From Chrysomallon squamiferum (taxonomy: Eukaryota; Animalia; Mollusca), in NCBI GenBank assembly GCA_012295275.1, contig CM022676.1, positions 3,038,001 through 3,102,000 on the forward strand: a stretch of 64,000 nucleotides of DNA, in the 5' to 3' direction. The notes under the pieces were generated by a model. It saw only the letters and a list, made by a program, of their open reading frames with translations, was not told the origin of the DNA and searched no databases. Below, one piece after another: positions 42,790 through 56,169 of the stretch (position 1 is its first letter; every line of letters begins with the position of its first letter). The translations under genes were made by a program, and so were the position numbers.

Positions 42790-43620
42790 TTTGTGTGTAC
42801 ATTACCTTAATGATGAATGATGAATGTGAAATAATTTAGATGTTAAGTATTCCTACTAATATGATGCAGATTTCTTTGTAAACATAGCCGTATACTTATT
42901 AAATAATTCTGTATAGAACAGTTTGTCCCTATCAGTAAAAAACTATCGTATAAAGATAATACCTGAAGTCGTATCGAGTCCGCTGAACAATAATGCTAAT
43001 ACGAAAGACAGTGACGTGGCTTGTGACATGGTTGAATTAATTCTTTCTTTTTCTGAATCCCTGAATATAATCACGTGAGATTTGAAAATTTCTGTAACCT
43101 TTACCTGAATTTGACGGTGTAAATGTTAAATGGTATCGTTACCGAAATGTGGGATAACTAAATGATCCAAATTGTATATTCACAATGAAACTTTTTGTAT
43201 TCTAACCGTTTGCCGAGAAGAAAGAAAACAAAACAATAATTTCAAAATTTAGTATGGGAGATAACTCTCTCGGCATTTCGTGTGCTTAAAAGGAAAACAA
43301 CGTCTTATTACAGCTATTCAACCGGATTCGGATACAAAAATTTGATAAAAATTCATAACATTTCGAATGTAGCCCAGCGGCTGGCCGTTTCGATCCGAAA
43401 GTTATTCAAAAGTTAGTTGTTTGATGGAAGAGCATAAAAGCTTTTCTTGTCATGTGGTTAATATAAGACAGAAGTACATGGTGGTGTTGTAGTCATTTTA
43501 ATTATTATTCCACTGGGACCGCTGATGTTGTTGACAAGGATCGTTATGTAATTACTCCTTCAACTGGGTATTCAACAGGTTTGCTTCTGTTTGTTTTGTT
43601 TGTTAATTTCCTTCTTTTTT
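42790..43620 (-). promoter_or_regulatory. Conserved upstream block plus non-coding first exon of gene D (donor ATTAAG|GTAATG at 42805)
   Basis: Collinear homologues at 61290-62080 (-), 36480-37350 (+) and partially 29461-29740 (+). Confidence 0.5.
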
Positions 43621-43666
43621 GTTTGTTTGCTGTTGTTTATTTATTGATTTAGTTAGTTAGTTTTTA

Positions 43667-43703
<37 letters not shown>

Positions 43704-44039
43704 GTTGTTGTTGTTGTTGTTGTTATTGTTTTGTTGCAGTTTTTGTTTTAATATTGTCTGCATTTGTTTTATTTTATTTTATTTATTTGTTTATTTATTT
43801 ATTTATTTAACTTCTCGGATTTTGTTTCTTTGAGAGAGCTTCATTCTTATTAGTTTTCTTTTTTTTGTAACAGTTTTTTTTATTAACAACAAATAAATAA
43901 ATAAATGTTTGTATCCTGCACCTGTACAGTGTGAAAAACTGTACACGATCTCCTGGTCAATGTCGTTTTTCCAGATGACCAGCTTGGAGAGGTCAAACTC
44001 TCTCACGTATAATTCTTAATAACTGTATATTCTTTTTTT

Positions 44040-44780
44040 TTTTAATATTAACATGTGTTCACATTTTAACAAATGATTACATGGAAATATATTGAGATAT
44101 CTCGTATACTTTACCTTGAATACCATTTCTCGCATTTAATAATACAGGATCGTTATATTCAAATATATAAAGATATACATCTCCAATTTTGTTAACATTA
44201 CAAAGATGACAGTTTCTGTATTCACTTATAAAATTAAATCGTTCTCTTTTCAGTAGCATAATTCATAACAGAGTTTCTAAGTTTATCAATCCTTTCAGAA
44301 ACAACTGTAAGATCATTTTCCAGTTTCAATTGATTTCTCAGTTAATAAGCGTTGAAGACGTTTCAGTTTCAATTTTTTACATTTCTAAAGACGGATTATG
44401 TAGTACTTTAGACACCGTTTCGCGTATCCAGTAAACATGATCAAAGAAGTGAAATGTCCACATATAATTACGTTAATCCAGAATCGTCAAAGATATTTTT
44501 CACGAATTCGTCCCAAGGAGAATTGAGAACATGTATTAAATAATACATAATACCAAATATTAGATTCCCTACTGGGTTATCATTCATACTTTTATAGAAA
44601 TACAAATCGGATATAGTCTAAGTTCATCACAGGCCACAAAATCAGGGATACATTTATCAACACCTAGCAAACATTTACGGAATTTCTATTAACTGCACAA
44701 GTGTAAAATTCCCTATTTTACAACCAGACACTAACTTTCTTAGCTATAGGTATGTACATAGCTTTCATTGGTGTGTAGTT
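44040..44780 (-). mobile_element. Degenerate non-LTR retrotransposon (LINE) ORF2 C-terminal remnant
   Basis: Minus-strand fragments KFRKCLLGV...ELRLYPI and RNCHLCNVNKIGD resemble the post-RT region and Cys knuckle of LINE ORF2; many stops and frameshifts. Confidence 0.6.
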
Positions 44781-46030
44781 GTTTAACATTGTAACTGAAT
44801 TACTTGTTTGTTTTTGTTTTGTTTTTGTTTGTTTTTGGTTTTTTTTAACATGCGGTGATTTTCATTTATACATGCTAAATCAAAATAATAAAATTTGAAA
44901 TTAAATAGTTTTCACCATTCCACTGCTATTTATTGCTGTTGTGCAGTGTGCAATTACTTGTAATGTTATTGCTCGAGTTAACAGCCTTCACTGAGATAAC
45001 TTAATCATTTCTTGTTCTTGAGTTAACAAGCTTCAATAAGATAACTTCATTTTCTATAATTTTTATTTTAACAAAATGAACACTAGAAATGAGAAAGAGA
45101 GAGAAACAAACATTTGTGTGATATCCGAGAAGCTGTCATCAGTGAGAAATAATTAAAAGATTTAAAATTGGTTATAAATCCTTGGAAACTGAAGAGGCTG
45201 AATGTATATCAGTTGCTGCTTCTTACAATCACAGAGACCAGACAACAAAAGTCTGTCCAAAAATTGCTTTTGATTAAAAACTTAGTCTAAATGTAGCATA
45301 TTTTTATTTATTTATTATTATTTTTCATATATTATTTTTTTTCCCCTGACATAAAATTAATTTAAAATTGAAGCTAATGATATGGACTACAAAATACACA
45401 GCACTGTGGCTCTGTGTATGTCCCACAGTTTCCACTTTCCAAATAATAACATCTCTAATTGTAAACATGAATGATTTTTTTTTCTGCATTTATTATTTTG
45501 ACCCTGAAATAAAATTAATTTAAAATTGAGGTAAAGATATCGGCTACAAAATACACACCACTGTGGCTATATTTATATACCCATAGATATCAAGTTGCAA
45601 ATAAATGTAAACATGTTTGTTGTGTTGTTAGATCGCACTATTTCAGTTTTTACGTTTCTCTAGAAAATGTGGGGAAAATAACAATAAAGAACTAAGACAC
45701 ATTTATTGTTCTTTATAAGGTTTACTATGTATTAATAAGATTGTTTTTGCAGACTAGTCTCGTTTCAAACAGTTTGACAACAACTTTAGAATCACAATGT
45801 TAAAGAAAAAAGATTGTATCACTGGAAAAAAAAAAAAAAAAAAAAATAAAATAAAATAAAATAAAATAAATTTGTTTTTCAATTAATGAAAATTTTATAC
45901 TGCAGACAATAAGTGTATTCGTATTACATTGGACTAAGTGTATATTTCATGGAATTCTTTATAGTCCAGGTAATTATAAAATAAAGTTTAGCTTTCTTCC
46001 ACATTTGGCGATATAAATACATTTAACACA

Positions 46031-46116
<86 letters not shown>

Positions 46117-46411
46117 AGAGAGATAGAACTCTCAGGAGAATAAACTGAATACCAAAACATCTACATTAAAGTGGAAAAAGGTGATCAGACACATACATCC
46201 ACACACACACACAGACACATACAAACAATACTAACACATCAATAATTAGTTATATTAACAATATTTACTATTTCAGTCTTGCTCCTAGTACATTGAAATA
46301 ACATAAAAATATCAATAGCAACAATTTTAGAAATTAGTGTTTTGAAATGACCGCAGCATACTAAAATCTGACTGGAATACTTTTGATGGTTTTCTTTCTC
46401 TGCACAAGGAG

Positions 46412-46454
46412 CTACATGTAGTCCATATCGACGACGAGTAAAATGTTGATCCAG
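46412..46454 (-). CDS. Gene E/F terminal exon (S)WINILLVVDMDYM*
   Basis: 43-nt paralogue of the D terminal exon; the 3' UTR is also similar to D. Confidence 0.8.
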
Positions 46455-46666
46455 CTGTGAAAATAAATAAATAAATAAATATGATTAATAATAATAACAA
46501 TAACAATAACTACAACAAGAATAATAATAGTTAACAGTTATGAAAACGATGAGACAGAGAGTCAGACATTTGTGAGAATCATAGAAGCAGTTATCAACAG
46601 AAATAAATAAGACCTATAAGCAAACAGTAAATAAATAAATAAATAACGAATTATAAAATTTGTCAC

Positions 46667-46721
46667 CTGACTGTAAGAATCACTTTAAAAGAATACGCAG
46701 AACTGACTGCATTTTCCACAT
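46667..46721 (-). CDS. Gene E/F tail exon DVENAVSSAYSFKVILTV
   Basis: 55 nt, phase 1-2, TTTCAG/GTGACA. Confidence 0.8.
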
Positions 46722-46911
46722 CTGAAATGAGAAGAACAAGAAAACGAAAATAGATAATAATGACAACAAAGCAGCAGCAATAACAAATAACAGGAGACAG
46801 AAGGCCAGGAAAAGAAAAGTCCAAAAATATTACTTAACTGAGAACAAATTATGAGTGATATAATACAAACAGATACACACCTTATTTGCATATTAGATAT
46901 ATTTTATTTAC

Positions 46912-47134
46912 CTGGAAACTTAATTATAGGACTGGCAACATGTAGACCTGCAGCTCCCAATGTAGGGTGATTAATTGACAGACTTAATGATATTTGTTTG
47001 CTGGCAAACTCGCTGGGTACGTCGTTAAAATACAGCGTGCAATCTGTTTCGGCACCTCCTGACGTACAGACATCACTGCTGTTGGTTTTCTTTGTGAGAG
47101 AGTCTGCCACATTTTTTTCAGTCTCCATCTCTAC
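46912..47134 (-). CDS. Gene E/F C-half of split C-like domain
   Basis: 223 nt, phase 0-1, open; SLSINHPTLG. Confidence 0.88.
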
Positions 47135-47460
47135 CTGTTTTAAGAGAAAAAGCTACCAAATAAAAGTTGAAATATGTAATCACACTAACTGAAAATAAAT
47201 GATGCATAAAGTTCAGTGTTAGATCTCTGTAATCTATCTAAAAGTTCTAAACTTCAAATTACAAAAGAAACTACACCTTCGCTGTGTATTTGAGTGTTAT
47301 GACCATGTTTCCCTTTATAATTCTCATTTCTTTCTTTGTCAACGGAAGAATAAAAGTAATTCACCAATTCACTATTATAGTGAAGAAAATTACTGAAATA
47401 TATATTTTAAAAAGATAATAATAATAAAAGTAAAAAGATTCTAAGCAGACAGACACAAAC

Positions 47461-47579
47461 CTTGTACTTCCATGTACAGATAGGCGACTTGTACGTACAG
47501 CTACCTGTCACAGACACACTAAATGGAAGATGTACAGCAGTTAATGATTCCAGCGCATTTTTAATTATTTTATACTGAG
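47461..47579 (-). CDS. Gene E/F N-half of split C-like domain
   Basis: 119 nt, phase 1-0, close paralogue of the D exon. Confidence 0.88.
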
Positions 47580-47658
47580 CTGAAAGAGAAAATACAAGTC
47601 ATATAGGCGGTTCTAGGCAAAACCGACTATGAGCAGGCTACAAAAAAAAAAATAATAA

Positions 47659-47726
<68 letters not shown>

Positions 47727-48379
47727 GATAAAGAAAGAAGGAAGACATCTAGAGGAATTCACGAAGACACAGAGGGATCAACTTGATGAGTAATGTAAAG
47801 GTAGCATATGGACAGGGAAGCGGTAGACGGGAAGATGTTGAACCAAACACTCAGGCTTTTACAAGTACCCGACACTACAGCTGCAAACTGTTGATGATCT
47901 TGGCAGAAACCTCTGGATTATTGACGTTACTAGTCAAACGTCATATCAGTATTGTTTTATGCATTGTAATCATTGAATGAACAGACATAAACAGAAGCAC
48001 ATTATGTCAATTTTTTTAACACGATACTTTATTCTTCGCATGACATTTTCAAACAAATATGTATAATGCAAATTTGCATTGTTTTTTACAAAAAAAAATA
48101 CATAGGTTTGGACAAATATAATTGACATTTTCCACAAAGATATGGAAAATTGTGGGACTTCTGGGAGTATATATACAGGAGATTTTAAAATTTAAAATAG
48201 AAAACTAGTTTTAAATATTTTTGTTTTATATACACCTTGTTATAATATACAAAATAATTCTTTAATGGAGTAATTTTTACGTAAAGAAACCTCCCACAAC
48301 TAACAGTAGCTAGAACAAGGAATAATATTTAAAATAAATAAAATCTATTACTTTATGAAATTAAAAACAAATGGCTTAC

Positions 48380-48688
48380 CGTAAACTTCTAGATAAAATT
48401 CCTTGCTATGACTGATATTATGAGAGCAAATCCAGATAGTCTGATCTGCTATACTGAGATTGTTTATTGTCAGATTGAAGACTTTAGAAGCTCCCCTGTC
48501 ACCAGCACATTTACAAGAGTAACCAGTGAGAGCACTGTCTTCAGCACAGGTTTTCAGGACGACACAGATAATATTTCCATTTCTTACAAACGTTACAGGT
48601 AAAATGTTGGTATCCGTTACAGAACACTGGAATGTGTAGTTGTAACCGACAATACTGATTTCGCCAAAACCCGTTAGTACAGTTTTAT
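48380..48688 (-). CDS. Gene E/F membrane-proximal V-like domain, class II
   Basis: 309 nt, phase 1-1; YTFQC...ICVVLKTC...YSCKC...DQTIWIC. Confidence 0.9.
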
Positions 48689-48720
48689 CTGCAAACAGAA
48701 ATTTTGAAATTAAACACACG

Positions 48721-48770
<50 letters not shown>

Positions 48771-49049
48771 AACACAAACACACACATGAAGTTATAGATT
48801 GAAAAAATAGATAGATATTATAGTAGATAGGTGTATAGATAGATAAACAGACAGACAGACAGATGATAGGAAGGTACGAAGGTAGATTCTAAGTCTAAAG
48901 ATTTTTATAATTATTGTTCATCTAAAAGACTTCGGTTACATTCTTTTTATTAATCATTAAGAAAATATCAATAATCTGACATTATTCCTACATACTGGAA
49001 TAAATAAAAATGAATTTTCTGGTATTCTGGTATATTTGTGTGTGACTAT

Positions 49050-49152
<103 letters not shown>

Positions 49153-49571
49153 AACATACACATATATATATATATATGTGAGTGTATGGGTGTGTTTACA
49201 TAAGCATATCTGTACACACACATATTTATAACTACAATCACTTTATGTAGTAGGAATATAACAAGAAAATATTCTGTACATTCGAGCACTTTGTCAGAAA
49301 TAGAAACTGACTGATAAAATGTATATAGACAGCTGTAATCAACACATTAAATAGAAATGATATATTAAAAAGCTGCCTCACCAGGAAGAATCACGAACAA
49401 ATCGAGTCACTGAGTCACTGGAAGTCCGTAAAATACTCACAGAATGTGAAAATGTTACTATTGTACGAATGTCTGAAGAATTCATTTGCATAAGTAGATC
49501 AGTTTCTTTTCTTCAAAATAAATATTGTAAATATCCACTGACATAGTAAACTGTCGTGTTTGTTTACTTAC

Positions 49572-49664
49572 CAGCAGAGCATACGAGTTTATACTCTGAT
49601 GATTTATTTTCGACATCTTTCTTGATTCTATCTCCGATTAAACGTTTACATGTATAATCTTTCT
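49572..49664 (-). CDS. Short Cys-containing linker exon EKDYTCKRLIGDRIKKDVENKSSEYKLVCSA
   Basis: 93 nt, phase 1-1, strong GTAAGT donor, weaker acceptor (GCACAG). Confidence 0.5.
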
Positions 49665-49786
49665 CTGTGCAGTCAGCAGTGTCCTTCCAACACGTTGATG
49701 ATAAACTGATGTTTTTTTCACAGTAATCAGAATACAGGTTTGTAAATGCCAAAATAATAATAATAATAATAATGGTTCTTCCATAC

Positions 49787-49858
49787 CTGTGTTACCAGTA
49801 CGATTAATACATTTGCCTGACGTCGAACCCTCCTCCGCTTTGCACGTCTTTTCTTGAT
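49787..49858 (-). CDS. Short Cys-containing linker exon (D/H)QEKTCKAEEGSTSGKCINRTGNT
   Basis: 72 nt, phase 1-1, CTTTCAG/GTATGG; GC-rich island in an AT-rich intron. Confidence 0.6.
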
Positions 49859-50666
49859 CTGAAAGATAATATACAGTTATTATAGGTTATTATATACACA
49901 GCGAGGATACTCTTGTTCTGCTTAATTGCTGGTTGGATATCCTCGATGCTGCTATATCTACATTTCGTTCTATTTATACCAGGGCTGTACTTTTGTAAAT
50001 ATCGATGGCTAATTTACAGTGTGTTATCTCTGTTTTGTGTAATTATAATGCATTAACACCCTGTTGTCCTGGTAAGATAATGCATCTAAGTGTATTCGAG
50101 TCACGAGTCCCTCTGTAAGAAGCCTGTGGCTCACTGCTATAATTGCTGGTACCGTTTCTCTTTGATCCACTCAACAGTTAACATCCCACAGATAAATACC
50201 GGGAGTATATTTCTACTTAACTTTTGGTGGTTCTTGTTTGTTCGGTTTTGCATCTTTATGATACACTGTAGACGTACCAAGGACACGCTACATTAAGACA
50301 CACTGCTATGAAGAGAGACTCTAGGGACCCAAACTAAGGCGACTTAAAGAAAAAAAAAAAAAAACAGGGGTGCTTGCGATTAGCTTTCCATTACATGTCT
50401 ATGCATGAATGCGTCCGTGAATGTGTCTCTGTCAGTCTATCTATCTGCCTATTGTTTCTCAATGCTAATTTTTCCTTTCTGTCTCATATTTTTATTTTTT
50501 TTATGAGTATCGTTTTGTGTGTGTGTATATTTATATATATGTATATATGTTTGAATAGTCAATTTGCATAAGTAGATCAGTTTCTTTTCTTAAAATAAAT
50601 ATTGTAAATATCCATTGATATAGTAAACTGTCACGCTTGTTTACTTACCAGCAGAGCATACCAGTT

Positions 50667-50790
<124 letters not shown>

Positions 50791-50954
50791 TAGATACTAG
50801 TATAGGCAAAGAGAAAAATCTGACAGTAATAGGTGAATATAGAAATAGAAGTACAGCAAGCAATCAGGACTTGATATACAGAAAAGATAGAAATAGTGAT
50901 TACTTTCCAGAAGTAAAACTAAAATTACTAACAAATATCAGCTTTTCAACTCAC

Positions 50955-50990
50955 GTTTGATAATATCTTTCGTTTTTGGAGGCGTAGTCC
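50955..50990 (-). CDS. 36-nt microexon GTTPPKTKDIIK
   Basis: TTTTTCAG/GTGAGT, phase 1-1. Confidence 0.65.
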
Positions 50991-51254
50991 CTGAAAAATC
51001 AAGAAAGATTAATCAGTCTATGATCTGAATTTCTACAGACTTTCCTGTCTTTCACTACACCTGCTGATGTAAATGTTTTAACTCCGTATCACTATACTTA
51101 TAATAGAAATAGGTCAGTACACTATCGAGAGATGAATGAAACGCTATATTAAGAAACATATATTATGAATATATGTGTGTGTATATCTCTATCACTCTGT
51201 CTGTCTGCCTATTGTTTCTCAATGCTAATTTTTCCTATCTCATTCTTTCCTTTT

Positions 51255-51290
<36 letters not shown>

Positions 51291-51303
51291 CTTCTCAACT
51301 CAC

Positions 51304-51339
51304 CTGTTTCATCTGTCCCCTTTTCTGGAGGCTTAGTCT
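51304..51339 (-). CDS. 36-nt microexon ETKPPEKGTDET
   Basis: TTTTTCAG/GTGAGT, phase 1-1. Confidence 0.7.
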
Positions 51340-51879
51340 CTGAAAAATCAAGAAAGATTAATCATTCTATGATCTGTATTTCTACAGACTTCCCTCTGTC
51401 TTTCACTATTTCTGCTGATGTAAATGTTTTTATCTCCGTATTACTAATCTTACATTTCCTTTCGGGGTTCTTAGGCTTGTTTTTTATTTTATTTTGTTTT
51501 TAATTCTACTTTTTCCAGTCATTCTCTGTCTGTCTGACAAGTATATCTCTATATGAATCTGCGTATGCATTTATCTATATAATTTCACAGCTATATATAT
51601 TTTTTTTTTGTCTTCAATAGAAATAGGTCAATACACATAGAGAGATGAATTAAATGCTATATCAGGAAACACAGCTATTAAGAGAGACATATAAATGACT
51701 GTAGGGACCCAAACTACGACGACAAAAAGAAAAAGAAGAGGTGCGTTAGTGATTAGTTTTCTAATTCATTTCTATGTATGAATTTGTTTTGTGTATTTCT
51801 CACTATCAATCTTCCTGTCTGACTACTGTTTCTCAGTGCTAATTTCTACTTTCTGTCTCATTCTTACTTTTTCTGAGTA

Positions 51880-51921
<42 letters not shown>

Positions 51922-52103
51922 ATACATACATAAATGGATGGCTGAATACTAGTATAGGCAGAGAGAAAAATCTGACAGATAGAGATATAGTAACAGAAGA
52001 AGAGCGAACAAAACAGGACGAGATATATAGAAAATATAGCAATAGAGATAAGTTTCCAGAAGTAAAACTAAAATTATTAACTAATATCAGCTTCTCAACT
52101 CAC

Positions 52104-52139
52104 CTGTTTCATCTGTCCCCTTTCCTGGAGGCTTAGTCT
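52104..52139 (-). CDS. 36-nt microexon ETKPPGKGTDET
   Basis: TTTTTTAG/GTGAGT, phase 1-1. Confidence 0.7.
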
Positions 52140-52390
52140 CTAAAAAATCAAGAAAGATTAATCATTCTATGATCTGTATTTCTACCGACTTCCCTCTGTC
52201 TTTCACTATTTCTGCTGATGTAAATGTTTTTATCTCCGTATTACTATACTTACATTTCCTTTCGGAGTTCTTAGGCTTGTTTTTTATTTTATTTTATTTT
52301 TAATTCTACTTTTTCCAGTCATTCTCTGTCTGTATATCTCTATATGAATCTGCGTATGCATTTATCTGTATAATTTCACAGCTATATTTA

Positions 52391-52421
<31 letters not shown>

Positions 52422-52691
52422 GTCTTCAATAGAAATAGGTCAATACACATAGAGAGATGAATGAAATGCTATATCAGCAAACACAGCTATAAAGAGAGAC
52501 ATATAAATGACTGTAGGGACCCAAACTACGACGACAAAAAGAAAAAGAAGAGGTGCGTTAGTGATTAGTTTTCTAATTCATTTCTATGTATGAATTTGTT
52601 TTGTGTATTTCTCACTATCAATCTTCCTGTCTGACTACTGTTTCTCAGTGCTAATTTCTACTTTCTGTCTCATTCTTACTTTTTCTGAGTA

Positions 52692-52727
<36 letters not shown>

Positions 52728-52909
52728 ATACATACATAAATGGATAGCTGAATACTAGTATAGGCAGAGAGAAAAATCTGACAGACAGAGATATAGTAAC
52801 AGTAGAAGAGCGAACAAAACAGGACGAGATATATAGAAAATATAGCAACAGAGATAAGTTTCCAGAAGTAAAACTAAAATTATTAACTAATATCAGCTTT
52901 TCAACTCAC

Positions 52910-52945
52910 CTGTTTCATCTGTCCCCTTTTCTGGAGGCTTACTCT
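52910..52945 (-). CDS. 36-nt microexon ESKPPEKGTDET
   Basis: TTTTTCAG/GTGAGT, phase 1-1. Confidence 0.7.
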
Positions 52946-53244
52946 CTGAAAAATCAAGAAAGATTAATCATTCTATGATTTGTATTTCTACAGACTTTCC
53001 TTTGTCTTTCACTGGATCTGCTGATGTATATATTTTAACTCCGTATCACTACAGTTAAATTTCCTCTCGGGGGCTTTTCGGGATTTCTTCTTTTTTGTTT
53101 TTCTTTTTAATACTACTTTTTTCCAGTCATTCCCTGTCTGGGATGTTTATATCTCTATATGAATCTGCGTATGCATTGATCTATATATTTTCGTAGTCTG
53201 TATTCTTTTGTCGTCATTTTAAATGGAATTTTCCCGATTCTGGC

Positions 53245-53494
53245 ATTCCCGATTCTGGCAGTGAGATTATAACACATCCTAATTGGGCACGCCATTTGTT
53301 CCATTTCTGGCATTTTATTTGTCACCCTTACTAATTGGTGTTCCGTCACATTAATTGATGTTCTTTTGTTAAACTGTATTTTGTCCACAATTTGTAGGGA
53401 TACTGGTCAGCCCCTCCCGTGCTCGCTTCCGCATGGTGTTGGTCAGTAGGTGAACGGCAACGTCGCTGTCATCCGAGGAATGGATATGGTCTTT
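53245..53494 (-). mobile_element. Inverted, differently deleted fragment of the same MULE
   Basis: Reverse complement matches 54144-54241 joined directly to 54561-54738. Confidence 0.8.
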
Positions 53495-53569
53495 AAATGA
53501 CTGTAGGGACCCAAACTACGACGACAAAAAGAAAAAGAAGAGGTACGTTAGTGATTAGTTTTCCACTAC

Positions 53570-54738
53570 ATTTCAGTGTATGACTATGTCTCCGTGGTAT
53601 TTTCCAAGAACTGGAAGTCTCCAGATTAGGTAATCGGTGAGGGTTATAATCCGCTTCCAGAAATGGGAAAACTGGTGTGAGCAATTAAGATCAATTTAGA
53701 GGTATGAAAAACAGAGGGGCGATTAACGAGATTAACTTTAATGAGCAGTGAAGAACAGAGGTGAGCCGGAATAGAGATTGCAAGAAAATTAATGTTTGGA
53801 GACATGAAATTAATGTTGTATCTCAGTAAAATTTGGAGACAGGAAATACTACCAATTTAGACATGTCGGGTTAACAAGATCATTTAAGAGATGTATAAAA
53901 TTTGGAGACAGAAAATACTACCTATATAAATACTGTACAGTCATGATGTTTGTTATGTTTGATCATGGATGCGAAGGGAGAAATTTTGGACGGCAGAAAA
54001 CCAGGTGCTGACCTCAAACTTGATGGATATAGGTATGCATGGCAGATTAGTAACAAGAATGGTGCGGTACCATGGAGATGTTTGTATTCGAGGTGCTTTG
54101 CCACCGTGACTGCTACACCGGATGGGACTGTGGTCAGGAGAGGTAAAGACCACATCCATTCCTCGGATGACAGCCAAGTTGCTGTCCACCTACTGACCAA
54201 CACCATGCGGAAGCCAGCACGGGAGGAGCTGACCAGTATCCCAAACATATATGACGAGGAGAGGAAGAAGTTGTTGACCGGGTATGGAGACGCAAGACCA
54301 CAGGACATAGCTTCCAAGCTGAGTATGTTTGAGGACATCAAATCCAGCTTGTCCCGACAGAGAGCGAAAAAGGTCCCGCAAACTCCAAAGGCAGCCATGG
54401 ATACACACCTGGAAGGTGAGTGGACCAAGACGGAGTTGGGGTCCGATTTTGTCCTTGTGGATGACGTGCAGGTGGAGAGTAGAATCATCATGTTTGGTAC
54501 TGGTGTTGATTTTAGGAGACTTTGCGAGTCTGAGACTATGTCAATGGACATGACTGATTGTCCTACAAATTGTGGACAAAATACAGTTTAACAAAAGTAC
54601 ATTAATTAAGGTGATGGGCCATCAATTAAGGTGACGGAGGAACACCAATTAGTAAGGGTGAGAAATAAAATGCCAGAAATGGAACAACAGGCGTGTCCAA
54701 TTAAGATGTGTTATAATCTCACTGCCAGAATCGGGAAT
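53570..54738 (+). mobile_element. Internally deleted Mutator-like (MULE) DNA transposon, FLYWCH-type
   Basis: ORF 53950-54591: LDGYRY...WRC-x4-C...H-x-H FLYWCH-like finger, then RIIMFGT...LCESETMSMD, which breaks off about where the first MULE catalytic Asp (MDGTF) would be; GC-rich versus flanks. Confidence 0.8.
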
Positions 54739-54976
54739 AAACCGTCTGTGTGTATGTCTCTATCAGTCTGTATGTCTGACTGTTTCTCAGTGCTAATTTT
54801 TCCTTTCTGTCTCATTCTTACTTTTTCTGAGTATCGTTTCTGTGTTTGTGTGTGTGTATTTGTGTGTATGTGTGTATTGTGTGTATGAGAGCGAGATATA
54901 TAGAACAGATGGTAATAGAGATTACTTTCCAGAAGTAAAACTAAAATTACTAACAAATATCAGCTTTTCAACTCAC

Positions 54977-54997
54977 CTGTTTCATCTGTCCCCTTTC
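54977..54997 (-). CDS. Shortened 21-nt microexon copy KGTDET
   Basis: Donor intact; original acceptor lost, but an internal CTCCAG gives an in-phase exon. Confidence 0.4.
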
Positions 54998-55030
54998 CTG
55001 GAGATTTGTCAGAAAAAAAAAAAAAAAAAG

Positions 55031-55061
<31 letters not shown>

Positions 55062-55681
55062 CAGTCTATTTATCTATTATCAATCTTCATATCAGATATT
55101 TAGTAGTATTCTTCCATTCACTTTTTTTTTTTTTTGTTGTTGTTGTTGTTGTTGTTGTTATTCAGTATAAAGAGGTAAATATACGGATCTATTCAGAACG
55201 GAACTAACAGACTCAGGTGTATATAAATTCCTAGACAGAATTAGAGAACGAAAAGTATTAACAGAACAATATATTTTGAGCAAAGAAAATACAATGACAG
55301 ATATAGAAAACAGGACCATGAAGATGAAACAAAAATGTGTTAATTAATGCATGTTTTGATTTCAGCTTTTTTATCTTTTGGCTTTTCGGGAACTTTTGCA
55401 CCTAGAAAAATAGAATAATATTAATAATTACCCTCCTATGTCTTCCTTGTCTGTTTCATTCACCTCTTTATAGCTGAGTGTATGTGTAAGTATTTATGTA
55501 TATCTGTACCTACACACGTTGTTTCACTATATATATATATATATTGATTCAGACAGCTAAAAAAGACAGGTAGGAAGACAGACAGAGATAGATGTTATAC
55601 AGTGTCATGTTTTTGTTTATCTGTCTGTTTTTGTTAGTTTACCTTTATCATGAGTTAAGAAAACATCTTGTTGCTCCTTGC

Positions 55682-56008
55682 TTTTAGTAGCGTATACGCG
55701 TAGAAAAGGTGTTTGTACTTCGCCAAGACTACATCTCCACATCGATTCTCTCTGCGTCACATTTTGTTCTGTTAACTTGAAAACTACAGACGCAGCAGTT
55801 TTCTCTTCACACTTACACTGAATCCCAGGTATCGGAGAAATCTGTTTACAGGACGTATCAATTGTGCAAGACGTGCCAATTTTTTTCCCAAAACTTCTTT
55901 GGAACAGCAAAGGCCATTTTATCTCCTCTGGGGGAGAAGCTGTACACCGTAATAGATATTTGCTGCCCAGGGTTATCGCTTTTTCGCCCTTTATCGTGAG
56001 ATCCACCA
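55682..56008 (-). CDS. Gene F V-like domain 3, class II
   Basis: TTTTCAG acceptor; 327 nt to a GCAAGG (GC) donor, or 366 nt to the GT donor after 55643, both phase 1; YLLRC...SCTIDTSC...QCKC...WRC. Confidence 0.85.
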
Positions 56009-56089
56009 CTGAAAATTCAAATGAATGTAATTGTTGTTTTGTTGTTGATTTTGTATTTCTGGGGGACGGGGTGGTTTTTTTCTTTCCCT

Positions 56090-56128
<39 letters not shown>

Positions 56129-56133
56129 ATTTA

Positions 56134-56169
<36 letters not shown>

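Noticed and set aside
49382-49472. Candidate leader or mini-exons upstream of the V at 48380 (LDLFVILPG|gtgagg)
   Set aside because: In-frame TGA immediately upstream and no ATG; the implied intron is too short; the TGAGTCA AP-1-like repeat alone is not enough to call a promoter
53922-54551. 209-aa minus-strand ORF
   Set aside because: Antisense to the MULE transposase fragment
53245-54738. A single intact transposon with 170-bp TIRs
   Set aside because: The left arm includes inverted transposase-coding sequence, there is no TSD, and the catalytic domain is deleted; better read as two fragments
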